A DNA stretch of 51,305 nt, taken from the sequence record DRR723986_811; one strand, 5' to 3'. Position numbers and translations under genes: made by a program. Below, in pieces: positions 17,562 through 26,023 of this stretch (position 1 is its first letter; every line of letters begins with the position of its first letter). Under the pieces are notes generated by a model that was not told the DNA's origin, searched no databases, and saw nothing but the letters and a program-made list of their open reading frames with translations.

Positions 17562-18505
17562 CAGAAGCGCTCCAGGGCAAAGTAAGCGAGCATGTGGAAA
17601 TACCAGGGCGCCGTGAACATCAGGCTGTCCAGCCGGTCCAGCGCACCGCCATGGCCGGGGATCAGGCGGCTCGTGTCCTTGACGCCAAGATCCCGCTTGA
17701 TGGCAGACATGGTGATGTCACCGAAGAAGCCGAACACCGGCAGGGTCAGGCCGACCCAGATGTTGGGCCACAGGGTCAGCGGCGTGAAGTAAGGCGCAAG
17801 GCAAACGAATACGAGCGCCGTTGTGAGAAAGCCGCCGATCGCCCCTTCCCATGTCTTGTTGGGACTGATGCGTGGACTGATCTTGTGCCGGCCGAGCAGC
17901 TTTCCCCAGACATACTGGGTCACATCGTTCAGCTGCGTGATCAGGATCAGCAGGAAGACCAGCCCCGCCGGGCCGGCCTGCGGCACTTCCTCTGCCGGAA
18001 CGCGCATCAGGAATGCGACATGTCCCAGATTGAAGACACAGACCACCATCCCCCATTGCATGATCCCCGCCGTCGCGAGGAACCCTTCCGTCCGGCCGGA
18101 CAGGGTCAGCAGCAAAGCCGTCAGTAGGAAGACATAGACGGGGATCGTGACGAGGAAATAGGCGTAATTGTTGATCCAGACGGCGAAGTAACTCGCCACC
18201 AGCGCAAAGTAGGTGAACAGGACGACGAGCCGGTCTTCCCGCCGCGTCGGGGCGAGGGTCATGAATTCCTTCAGCGCAATGAAGCTGATGAAGGCAAACA
18301 GGATCGTGAAGACCTGCCAGCCAAGAATAAGCGCACCCCCCACCAGCAGGCAGATGACCCACCAGCTGCGCATGCGGGGCACCAGGTCATCCCATTTTCC
18401 GGGCTTCATGCGAGGCAGCACGACCGCCGCGACACTGCCTAGCACGAGCAGGACAAGCAGGCCGGCAAATCCGACGGTCAGGGGCAAAGGCAGAGTTGAC
18501 AACAT
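17561..18505 (-). CDS. Phosphatidate cytidylyltransferase (YnbB/CdsA family)
   Basis: SPNKTWEG and IKRDLGVKD...PGHGGALDRLDSL motifs. Confidence 0.92.
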   Translation of the reverse strand: MLSTLPLPLTVGFAGLLVLLVLGSVAAVVLPRMKPGKWDDLVPRMRSWWVICLLVGGALILGWQVFTILFAFISFIALKEFMTLAPTRREDRLVVLFTYFALVASYFAVWINNYAYFLVTIPVYVFLLTALLLTLSGRTEGFLATAGIMQWGMVVCVFNLGHVAFLMRVPAEEVPQAGPAGLVFLLILITQLNDVTQYVWGKLLGRHKISPRISPNKTWEGAIGGFLTTALVFVCLAPYFTPLTLWPNIWVGLTLPVFGFFGDITMSAIKRDLGVKDTSRLIPGHGGALDRLDSLMFTAPWYFHMLAYFALERF

Positions 18506-18569
18506 AACTATATCTCTTGCATGTAAATGTGAGTAAACACTAACTTACTTAGCAAGGCAAGTGCCAACC

Positions 18570-18974
18570 ATGTCCGTCAGACCATCCATTTTCAGCCACA
18601 CGCTAGTGCATGTTGGTTTCGCATTCCTTGCAATGGGAAGTTGGGCCGTGTTCGCCAATCGCGCTCATGCCTTTCCGGATCCCCTGATCGCCGGCGTGGT
18701 TCAGGGCACCCTTTCCGCGACCATCACCCTGGTCATGAAGAAGTCCCTGGAAGCACTGTCTTCCTTTTTTTTCCGCAATAACAACAGAATATTGGCGCTG
18801 ATCGCTCCGCCGCTCACCGTCTGCACCATTTCCCTGTCCGTGCTGATCGGCTGCCATGTGGCGGCCGGAACGCCCGAAATCGCCGCGACGATCGCTGTTC
18901 CATTTAGCGTAGCATTCTCCTATGCGTGCCTATACACGTTCGGATTGTGGCGCCAGGAGACCCAGGAATCATGA
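18570..18974 (+). CDS. Hypothetical membrane protein
   Basis: Four TM-like segments; ATGA-coupled to the downstream gene. Confidence 0.7.
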   Translation: MSVRPSIFSHTLVHVGFAFLAMGSWAVFANRAHAFPDPLIAGVVQGTLSATITLVMKKSLEALSSFFFRNNNRILALIAPPLTVCTISLSVLIGCHVAAGTPEIAATIAVPFSVAFSYACLYTFGLWRQETQES

Positions 18975-19612
18975 CTGAACCGGATGCCCGCAGGCCAATC
19001 GCCTCACGAGACGCCGCCTGGTCGAAGCGCACCGCCGCCTGGCTGGCCCGCACCGGCGTCACGCCAAACCAGATTTCCGTCGCCAGCATGGTCTGCGCAG
19101 CGCTGGCCGCCGTCCTGCTTTGCGGCGCGGCCCACACGCTGGGCGGTCTGCGGGCCGGATTGCTGATCGGCGCCATTGTGGCCTGCCAGGGCCGCCTGCT
19201 GTGCAATCTCTTTGACGGGATGGTGGCCATTGAAGGTGGTCTGGCCGCAAAGGACGGCCCGTTCTGGAACGAATTCCCGGACCGTGTGTCTGACACGCTC
19301 ATCCTCGTCGCCGCAGGATACGCAGCTGGCAGTCTCGCGCTCGGCTGGGCAGCCGCCGCACTTGCCATCGCGACCGCCTATGTCCGCGAACTCGGCCGCG
19401 CCGTCGGCGCACCTGCGGACTATCGCGGCCCGATGGCCAAACAGCACCGCATGGCCCTTCTGTGTGCCGCCCTTGCCGTTTCCGCGATCGAGCCGTTCTG
19501 GAACTGGCAAGGCCAGAGCCTGCAGATCGCCCTGCTTGTGATCGCCCTTGGCGGCGGCCTCACCGTCCTGCGCCGGGCCATGGCCCAGGTGTCGGCGCTG
19601 AAATCGGGTTGA
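18971..19612 (+). CDS. CDP-alcohol phosphatidyltransferase family protein
   Basis: TPNQIS, NLFDGMVA...GPFWNEFPDRVSD and GPMAKQHR motifs. Confidence 0.9.
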   Translation: MTEPDARRPIASRDAAWSKRTAAWLARTGVTPNQISVASMVCAALAAVLLCGAAHTLGGLRAGLLIGAIVACQGRLLCNLFDGMVAIEGGLAAKDGPFWNEFPDRVSDTLILVAAGYAAGSLALGWAAAALAIATAYVRELGRAVGAPADYRGPMAKQHRMALLCAALAVSAIEPFWNWQGQSLQIALLVIALGGGLTVLRRAMAQVSALKSG

Positions 19613-19627
19613 TCCCGACCCTCACGG

Positions 19628-20671
19628 TCACGCCAGCAATTGCGCGGCCGCAGCGCTGAAATCCTCCTCGCTGGTTCCTGCCATCTCAAGCACCGTTTCA
19701 GGCTGGTCTTCCCGCCGCTTGCGGCTGCGCACGTAGAGCGGGTCGTAGTGCTGCTGCATCAGCTGGCGCGCGAGTTCGGTAAAGTTCTTCTGCGCCGCAA
19801 GGGCCAGCCAGTCCTCGATGGTTTCCTTGGACTGGATGCCCTTCAACTTGCCAATGGCCGCTGAGAGGCGCGGGGCCTCCGCGATAATATCCGTATACGT
19901 CCGGACAAGATAATCCGCCCGCACGTCGAGGCTCATGTGCATTTCGATCCGCGGCGCGGCCAGCATGGACCGCCACAGGCGGCGCGGCACACGGCGGCGG
20001 CCGACAAGCGCGGACTCCGCCTCCACGAAGACCGGTTTCGTCAGGTCCATCCGGCGGAGTGCATCCCAGATCTCCGTCTCAAACATGCGCTGGGCCGGCT
20101 GGGGCCCGTCCACATCGCCAAAGGCAGAACCGCGATGATTGGCAAGGCCCTCAAGGTCCAGCACCTGACCGCCCTGCTCCGCCAGCGCGTGCAGCAATGC
20201 CGTCTTGCCCGTGCCGGTCTGCCCGTCGATCAGGTGCACCGGCAGAAGCGGCTCGTCGCAATCGAGGCCCTCGACCACTTCCCGCCGCCAGGTGCGATAG
20301 CCGCCCTTCACCACCCCCGTCGGCCAGCCGACCGAAGACAGGATCGTCGCCATCGCATTGGACCGCATGCCGCCGCGCCAGCAATAGACGAGCGGCCGCC
20401 AGCTTTTCGGCTTGTCGGCAAGCGCCGTTTCCAGATGCTGGGCGATATTTCGCGCCACGATGGCCCCACCGACGCGATTGGCCCGGAACGGGCTCTCCTG
20501 CTTGTAGATCGTGCCCACCTTCGCCCGCTCGTCATTCGACAGGACTGGCAGGCTGATCGCGCCCGGCATGTGGTCGTCCGCGAATTCGGCCGGCGAACGC
20601 ACATCCACGATGTCGTCATAGCGGGCCAGGTTTTCCGGGCTGAGATCGGTGACGGTTTCGAGATAAGGCAT
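19628..20671 (-). CDS. mnmH: tRNA 2-selenouridine synthase
   Basis: Rhodanese domain (DVRSPAEF, YCWRGGMRS), P-loop GQTGTGKT, DLEGLANHRGSAFG; adjacent to selD. Confidence 0.95.
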   Translation of the reverse strand: MPYLETVTDLSPENLARYDDIVDVRSPAEFADDHMPGAISLPVLSNDERAKVGTIYKQESPFRANRVGGAIVARNIAQHLETALADKPKSWRPLVYCWRGGMRSNAMATILSSVGWPTGVVKGGYRTWRREVVEGLDCDEPLLPVHLIDGQTGTGKTALLHALAEQGGQVLDLEGLANHRGSAFGDVDGPQPAQRMFETEIWDALRRMDLTKPVFVEAESALVGRRRVPRRLWRSMLAAPRIEMHMSLDVRADYLVRTYTDIIAEAPRLSAAIGKLKGIQSKETIEDWLALAAQKNFTELARQLMQQHYDPLYVRSRKRREDQPETVLEMAGTSEEDFSAAAAQLLA

Positions 20672-20743
20672 CGGCCACAGACCTATCAGGTTTTCCCCGG
20701 CGCGCCAGAGCGCTAGGGTGCGGACGAAGCAGGAGAAAATGGA

Positions 20744-21790
20744 ATGCCTGATACACTCGTTGAGCCCCGCCTCACCTCCCTCGCCCATGGCGGCGGATGC
20801 GGTTGCAAGCTCGCGCCCAATGTTCTGGCCGACATCCTCTCCGAAATGCCGCTCGCCATCGGCTCAAAGGATCTGCTGGTCGATGCCGGCACCAGCGACG
20901 ATGCCGCGGTCTACCGGATCAACGACACGACAGCCCTCGTCGCGACGACGGATTTCTTCACGCCCATCGTGGACGACCCGCACACGTTCGGTCGTATCGC
21001 GGCCACGAATGCGCTCTCTGACGTCTTCGCCATGGGGGCCAAACCGATCTTTTCGCTCGCCATTGTCGGCATGCCCATCGGGCAGATCTCACCGGAGACA
21101 ATCCGCGCGATCCTCGCAGGCGGGCAGTCTGTGGCGGAGGCCGCCGGGGCACCGGTCGCAGGCGGGCACTCCATTGACGCGGCAGAGCCGATCTATGGGC
21201 TTGTCGCCATGGGACTTGTCGACCCGGCCCGCATTCTGATGAACTCGAACGCAAAAGCAGGCGACGTGCTGATCCTCGGCAAGCCACTCGGCATCGGCAT
21301 CTATTCAGCCGCGCTGAAGCGGGAGATCCTGGAACCTGCGCATTATGAGGAAATGATCGCCTCCACGACGCGCCTCAATACACCGGGCGCGGACCTTTCC
21401 GCCATGGAGGGCGTCCACGCCGCCACCGATGTCACCGGCTTCGGCCTGATCGGCCATGGCAGCGAAATGGCGCGTGGCGCGGGCGTGTCGCTGGTGATCG
21501 AAAAGGCCAGGGTGCCGGTGTTCGACGGCGCGCGGAAACTCGCCGAAAACGGCGTGAAGACCGGCGCCTCGGGGCGCAACTGGGACTCGGTGAAACACAT
21601 GGTCAGCGGCGAGATGACGGACGTTGAGCGCGACCTGCTGTGCGACCCGCAGACCAGCGGCGGCCTGCTCGTCTCCTGCGCGCCGGATGCGGTCGACGAA
21701 GTGCTCGCCCTCTTCGCCTGCCACGGCCATGACGGCGCCGCCATTGTGGGACGGGTAGAAGCTGGCGCACCGGGCGTGAGCGTCGTCTAG
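20744..21790 (+). CDS. selD: Selenide, water dikinase (Cys form)
   Basis: GGGCGCKL, DDAAVY, TTDFFTPIVDDP and DPQTSGGLL motifs. Confidence 0.96.
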   Translation: MPDTLVEPRLTSLAHGGGCGCKLAPNVLADILSEMPLAIGSKDLLVDAGTSDDAAVYRINDTTALVATTDFFTPIVDDPHTFGRIAATNALSDVFAMGAKPIFSLAIVGMPIGQISPETIRAILAGGQSVAEAAGAPVAGGHSIDAAEPIYGLVAMGLVDPARILMNSNAKAGDVLILGKPLGIGIYSAALKREILEPAHYEEMIASTTRLNTPGADLSAMEGVHAATDVTGFGLIGHGSEMARGAGVSLVIEKARVPVFDGARKLAENGVKTGASGRNWDSVKHMVSGEMTDVERDLLCDPQTSGGLLVSCAPDAVDEVLALFACHGHDGAAIVGRVEAGAPGVSVV

Positions 21791-22233
21791 GACGCGTGGC
21801 AACTCTCCGGGTTTCGCCTCGCCCTAGTCAGCGAATCCTCAAGCGGTTGAGCGCCCTGTTTCAGGAATTCTTCCGGAAAGCCATAGAGGTTGCCGTCCCG
21901 ATCATCCTCAATCAGTTCGGCGACATCCTCTGTGGTGAGATCTGTCCCGTCCCGCATCTCGATGATCTTCGTCATCAACGCAATTGTATGGAGACGCGTT
22001 TCCCCGTCGAGACCGGCTTCTACGGTGACGAAGCAGGCGCAGAAATCATCGAGGTCCGCGCCGTCACGGGCCAATCGCTCGGTCAGGCCTGCATCATCCG
22101 CGGTCATCTTCTGACACATGGCAAGCACGTTGTTTGTCCGCGTGGCCGGTTCCTCCACCGGCGTGCTGGCACAGGCCGCAAGTGCGAGCCCGGCCAGCAG
22201 GCTGGCGGATGTTTTCAATTTTCCCCACCCCAT
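21787..22233 (-). CDS. Hypothetical lipoprotein
   Basis: Lipobox LAAC and several Cys; starts 5 nt after the upstream stop. Confidence 0.7.
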   Translation of the reverse strand: MGWGKLKTSASLLAGLALAACASTPVEEPATRTNNVLAMCQKMTADDAGLTERLARDGADLDDFCACFVTVEAGLDGETRLHTIALMTKIIEMRDGTDLTTEDVAELIEDDRDGNLYGFPEEFLKQGAQPLEDSLTRARRNPESCHAS

Positions 22234-22238
22234 GCGGA

Positions 22239-23228
22239 TCAGGCCGGAACCTTGCCTGCCAGCATGCCGGCGAGCGTGCCGGAGATGATATCCTCGGCTT
22301 CCTTCATGATCCGGTCCATCAGTTCCTGGACGGTCGGGATGTCGTGGATCAGGCCCGCGACCATGCCGCAACTCCACGCACCGGCATCCATTTCGCCTTC
22401 CACCATGATCTTCGGATAGACCCCGGCGACTTCCGCGATGATGTCCTCGAACTTGATGTTGGAACCGAGTTCCTTCTCCTTCTGAAGGAGACGCTCGACA
22501 CCGGCATTGTTCAGCACACGCTCGGTATTGCGCAGCGGTCGCATGACGAGGCGCGTGTCAAGCTCGGAGGCGGCGACGATGGCCTGCTTCACGTTCTCGT
22601 GGACCGGCGCTTCCTTCGTGGCGATGAAGCGCGTGCCCATGTTCATGCCCTGCGCGCCCATGGCGAGCGAGGCGACCAGCGAGCGGCCATCGGCCATGCC
22701 GCCGGAAGAGATGAAAGGGATTTCCAGCTCATCGGCTGCGCGCGGCAGCAGGATGAAGTTCGGCACGTCGTCTTCGCCCGGGTGGCCGCCGCATTCGAAG
22801 CCGTCCACTGAGACGGCGTCACAGCCGATCGACTGGGCCTTCAGCGCGTGGCGCACCGCGGTACATTTGTGGATCACCTTGATCCCGGCGCCCTGAAGCG
22901 CGGGCAGAACGGCGGACGGGTTGTTGCCTGCGGTTTCCACCACTTTGACGCCGCCCTTGATCACGGCCTCGACGATGCCCGGATAGTCCGGCGGCGTGGT
23001 CGACGGCAGGAAGGTGATGTTCACGCCGAACGGCTTGTCGGTCATGTCCTTGCAGCGGGCGATCTCGTTGGCGAGGTCCGCCGGGGTCTTCTGCGTCAGC
23101 GCGGTGATGATGCCGAGGCCGCCGGCATTGGACACAGCGGCGGCCATTTCGGCAAAGCCGACATAGTGCATGCCGCCCTGGACGATGGGGCGTTCGATGC
23201 CGAACATTTCAGTGATCTTGGTTTTCAT
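22239..23228 (-). CDS. Nitronate monooxygenase-family flavin oxidoreductase
   Basis: PIVQGGM, VSNAGGLG, GFECGGHPG and MGTRF motifs. Confidence 0.92.
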   Translation of the reverse strand: MKTKITEMFGIERPIVQGGMHYVGFAEMAAAVSNAGGLGIITALTQKTPADLANEIARCKDMTDKPFGVNITFLPSTTPPDYPGIVEAVIKGGVKVVETAGNNPSAVLPALQGAGIKVIHKCTAVRHALKAQSIGCDAVSVDGFECGGHPGEDDVPNFILLPRAADELEIPFISSGGMADGRSLVASLAMGAQGMNMGTRFIATKEAPVHENVKQAIVAASELDTRLVMRPLRNTERVLNNAGVERLLQKEKELGSNIKFEDIIAEVAGVYPKIMVEGEMDAGAWSCGMVAGLIHDIPTVQELMDRIMKEAEDIISGTLAGMLAGKVPA

Positions 23229-23370
23229 GGATCGTCTCCTCCGGTCACGGTTTGCCAATATCCATGGCCGAACGGGCCCGCCCCGGCAAGAGTGACGAAA
23301 GGGAACCTTCCCGCCCCATTGTCGCGAGAGTGCGATAGACTTCTCCGCCGGATTGAAGGACAAATGCGCC

Positions 23371-24291
23371 ATGAAACATCGCATTCTCCTCAGTACCATC
23401 GCCTTTCTCGCCGCCTGCCAGACTGCGCCGCCGCAGCCTGCCCCAACGGAAAAGGTCATCGTAAAGGTGATCGAGACAGCCCCGGAACCGGCCCCTGCTG
23501 CGCCCACCGAGGGCCAGCAATGGCTCTACGGTTCGGCGGAATCCCGCATCGCGCTGAAGCAGGACTGGAACGCCATCGCGGCCTATGTCGAGGCAAAGGC
23601 CGCAAGCCGCCCGAATACCAGCGTCGTGCTGGCGCCCGGCGCGACGGCTGAGGCCGCCGACTTCCTCGCCTGCGATGCCAACCAGCCGCTCGCCGCCGTC
23701 TTCGATGCCGACGAGACGCTGATCTGGAACCTCGGCTCCATGGGCTATTTCACCCGGACCGGTGTCGGCTTCGATCCCGCCATCTGGGACGATTGGGAGA
23801 ATACCGGCGCCGGCAAGGCCGTCGCCATTCCCGGCGTGAAGGACGCGTTCAAGCGCATCCGCGATGCCGGGGTGGAGATCATCGTCAACACGAACCGCTC
23901 CAATGCGAACATCCAGGGCTCCGCCGACACGCTGAAAGCCGCGGGCCTTGGTGAGTTCGCGCATGGCCAGACCCTTTACCTGCGCGGCGACGCCCCCGGC
24001 GGCAGCGGCAAGGACGGGCGCCGTTACATGATCTCCGACAATTACTGCGTCATCGCCCTGGCGGGTGACCAGCTGGGCGACATTGCCGACATATTCAACG
24101 ACAAGGCCCTCACCCCGCCGGAGCGCAAGGCGCTGACCGCCGTCCCGGCCTTCGACCCGATGTGGGGCAATGGGTGGTTCATCCTGCCGAACCCGGTGTA
24201 CGGCCCGTCGCTGGCCGGATCGATGGAAGAGGTGTTCCCGCCTGAAACGGACTGGGCGCCCCCGCCTGCCCCTCCACTCGCAGAGGAATAG
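23371..24291 (+). CDS. HAD-family acid phosphatase lipoprotein (e(P4)-like)
   Basis: Lipobox LAAC; FDADETL, GDQLGD and FILPNPVYG motifs. Confidence 0.88.
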   Translation: MKHRILLSTIAFLAACQTAPPQPAPTEKVIVKVIETAPEPAPAAPTEGQQWLYGSAESRIALKQDWNAIAAYVEAKAASRPNTSVVLAPGATAEAADFLACDANQPLAAVFDADETLIWNLGSMGYFTRTGVGFDPAIWDDWENTGAGKAVAIPGVKDAFKRIRDAGVEIIVNTNRSNANIQGSADTLKAAGLGEFAHGQTLYLRGDAPGGSGKDGRRYMISDNYCVIALAGDQLGDIADIFNDKALTPPERKALTAVPAFDPMWGNGWFILPNPVYGPSLAGSMEEVFPPETDWAPPPAPPLAEE

Positions 24292-24294
24292 GCC

Positions 24295-25041
24295 ATGAAA
24301 GTCTTCATCCATGGCGTGCCGGATACGCCCCACCTCTGGAAGCCGCTCGTCGCGGCGCTCGGCCTTCAGCCATCTGAGTATTTCGCGCCAGCCCTGCCCG
24401 GCTTCGGCACGCCGGTGCCGAAAGGCTTTTCCTGTACCAAGGATGCCTATGCCGCGCACCTGATCGGCGAGATCGAAAAGCGTGTCCAGGAATCCGGGCG
24501 GAAGATCGACCTTGTTGGCCACGACTGGGGCGCGCTCCTGTCCCAACGTATCGCCAGCGTGCGGCCGGACCTGATCCGCACATGGTGCGTCACCAATGCC
24601 GTGATCGACCCGGACTATCGCGGCCACCGGACAGCGCGGATGTGGGCAACGCCCCTGCTCGGCGAATTCGTGATGCTTAACATGCGCAACAAGCAGCGCC
24701 TGGAAGCAGCCCTGATCGAAGGCGGCATGCCTGCCGCTCTCGCCGCCGAAGAAGTCCCGCTGATCGACAAGACGATGCGCCAGTCGATCCTGAAACTCTA
24801 CCGCTCCGCCGTGGGCCTGCGCTTCTCGGGCGACTGGGTCAGCGGCCTTGCGAACCTGCCCTCCCCCGGACAGCTCTTCTGGGGCGAGACCGATCCTTTC
24901 GTGGACCTCTCCGTCGCCGAACGTTTCTCGGAAAACCACAACGTGCCGCTCCACGTCGAAAAAGGAACCGGCCACTGGGCCTGCGCCGACCGGGCAGAAC
25001 AGTTTGCAGGCGTCCTGAAAACGCTCTGGGCGAAGGGCTGA
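24295..25041 (+). CDS. Alpha/beta hydrolase
   Basis: FIHGVP, VGHDWG and GHW motifs. Confidence 0.9.
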   Translation: MKVFIHGVPDTPHLWKPLVAALGLQPSEYFAPALPGFGTPVPKGFSCTKDAYAAHLIGEIEKRVQESGRKIDLVGHDWGALLSQRIASVRPDLIRTWCVTNAVIDPDYRGHRTARMWATPLLGEFVMLNMRNKQRLEAALIEGGMPAALAAEEVPLIDKTMRQSILKLYRSAVGLRFSGDWVSGLANLPSPGQLFWGETDPFVDLSVAERFSENHNVPLHVEKGTGHWACADRAEQFAGVLKTLWAKG

Positions 25042-25335
25042 TCCAGTGTATTCGCCTATAGTCCGGTATGATCATGGCGTAGACGGATTTGGTCTTCCGC
25101 CAGTCATGCTCCACGCGCGTCACGCCCGATAGCTGAAAGGCATCTGGGTGCCCATCTCCCAACCACGCGGCCAGCACGTCATTGCATGACGCACCCGAGG
25201 CATCGTCCCGGGATGGATCCCCGGACAGAAGACAGAGCGAGCCATCCTGAAACCCGCCACGCATGCCTCTGACCGGCTCGACGTTGCGTGCAGCGGGCAG
25301 GCTTATGTGCCCGATTACATCACCCATCTATCGAT

Positions 25336-25525
25336 CTCCACTCAGCCCGGCGAAAACCGGGGTGCGGGCGCGGTACGCGCTGTGCTTGCTGCTCTGAACC
25401 CCGCCCATCGCCAGGATGAGCTGGTACTGGGGAACCTGCCCCTGCTGGAAACCTGACGTCGAACCGGACCTGAAAACTCAGCCCACCCACCAAACGCCTT
25501 CACGGGCGCCGCAGGTGCTGGTGGG
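25336..25525 (-). other. Candidate structured RNA or repeat element of unknown class
   Basis: Several stems on the minus strand: CCCACCAG/UUGGUGGG enclosing GCGCC-CGUGAA-GGCGU; GCUCAUC/GAUGGGC; GCGCG/CGCGC; CCCGG/CCGGG. These are followed by GGAG and an ATG at 25327. Confidence 0.45.
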
Positions 25526-25529
25526 AATG

Positions 25530-25997
25530 CTACCAGTAGCCCGCCATGATTTCCCTGGCCCAGTCCGGCTCATGGAAATCGCCGCGCGGCGCGAAACCGG
25601 ACATGACGGGTTTGATGTCCAGCACCGGCGTACCGTCAATGGCATCGAGGCCGGTCAGCGTCAGGCGCAGGCCCTCCACGGAGGCGATGCGGCAGGTGGT
25701 GAGGCCGATCCGGTTCGGCCGGTTCTTGCCGCGCTGGGCGAAGATACCGATGCGGGGCCAGTCTTCCCGGCCGCGCGGGTGTCGCGCGCCGGTTTCGATC
25801 TTCTCGTCCGGCACCCGGTCGAACAGGAAAACGATTTCACAGTGCGAAAAGGCGCCCAGGCCCATCAGGGCCTCTTCGTCAAACTGGTCCGGGTCGAGAT
25901 CGATATGGGCCGGGATGGCATCCCAGTCGTCATCAATGGGCGTATCACGCGTGGAGGAAACCTTACCGATCGGGCGGAGGGTGAAAGCCTGGCTCAT
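25530..25997 (-). CDS. tsaA: tRNA t6A37 N6-methyltransferase TsaA/TrmO-like
   Basis: GIFAQRGKNRPNRIGLT and GLDAIDGTPVLDIKP motifs. Confidence 0.85.
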   Translation of the reverse strand: MSQAFTLRPIGKVSSTRDTPIDDDWDAIPAHIDLDPDQFDEEALMGLGAFSHCEIVFLFDRVPDEKIETGARHPRGREDWPRIGIFAQRGKNRPNRIGLTTCRIASVEGLRLTLTGLDAIDGTPVLDIKPVMSGFAPRGDFHEPDWAREIMAGYW

Positions 25998-26023
25998 GTC
26001 ACCCTCTCCTCCTCGGCTTCCTT

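Noticed and set aside
20789-20809. Selenocysteine codon in selD
   Set aside because: The motif is encoded GGC GGC GGA TGC GGT TGC AAG (Cys); there is no in-frame TGA.
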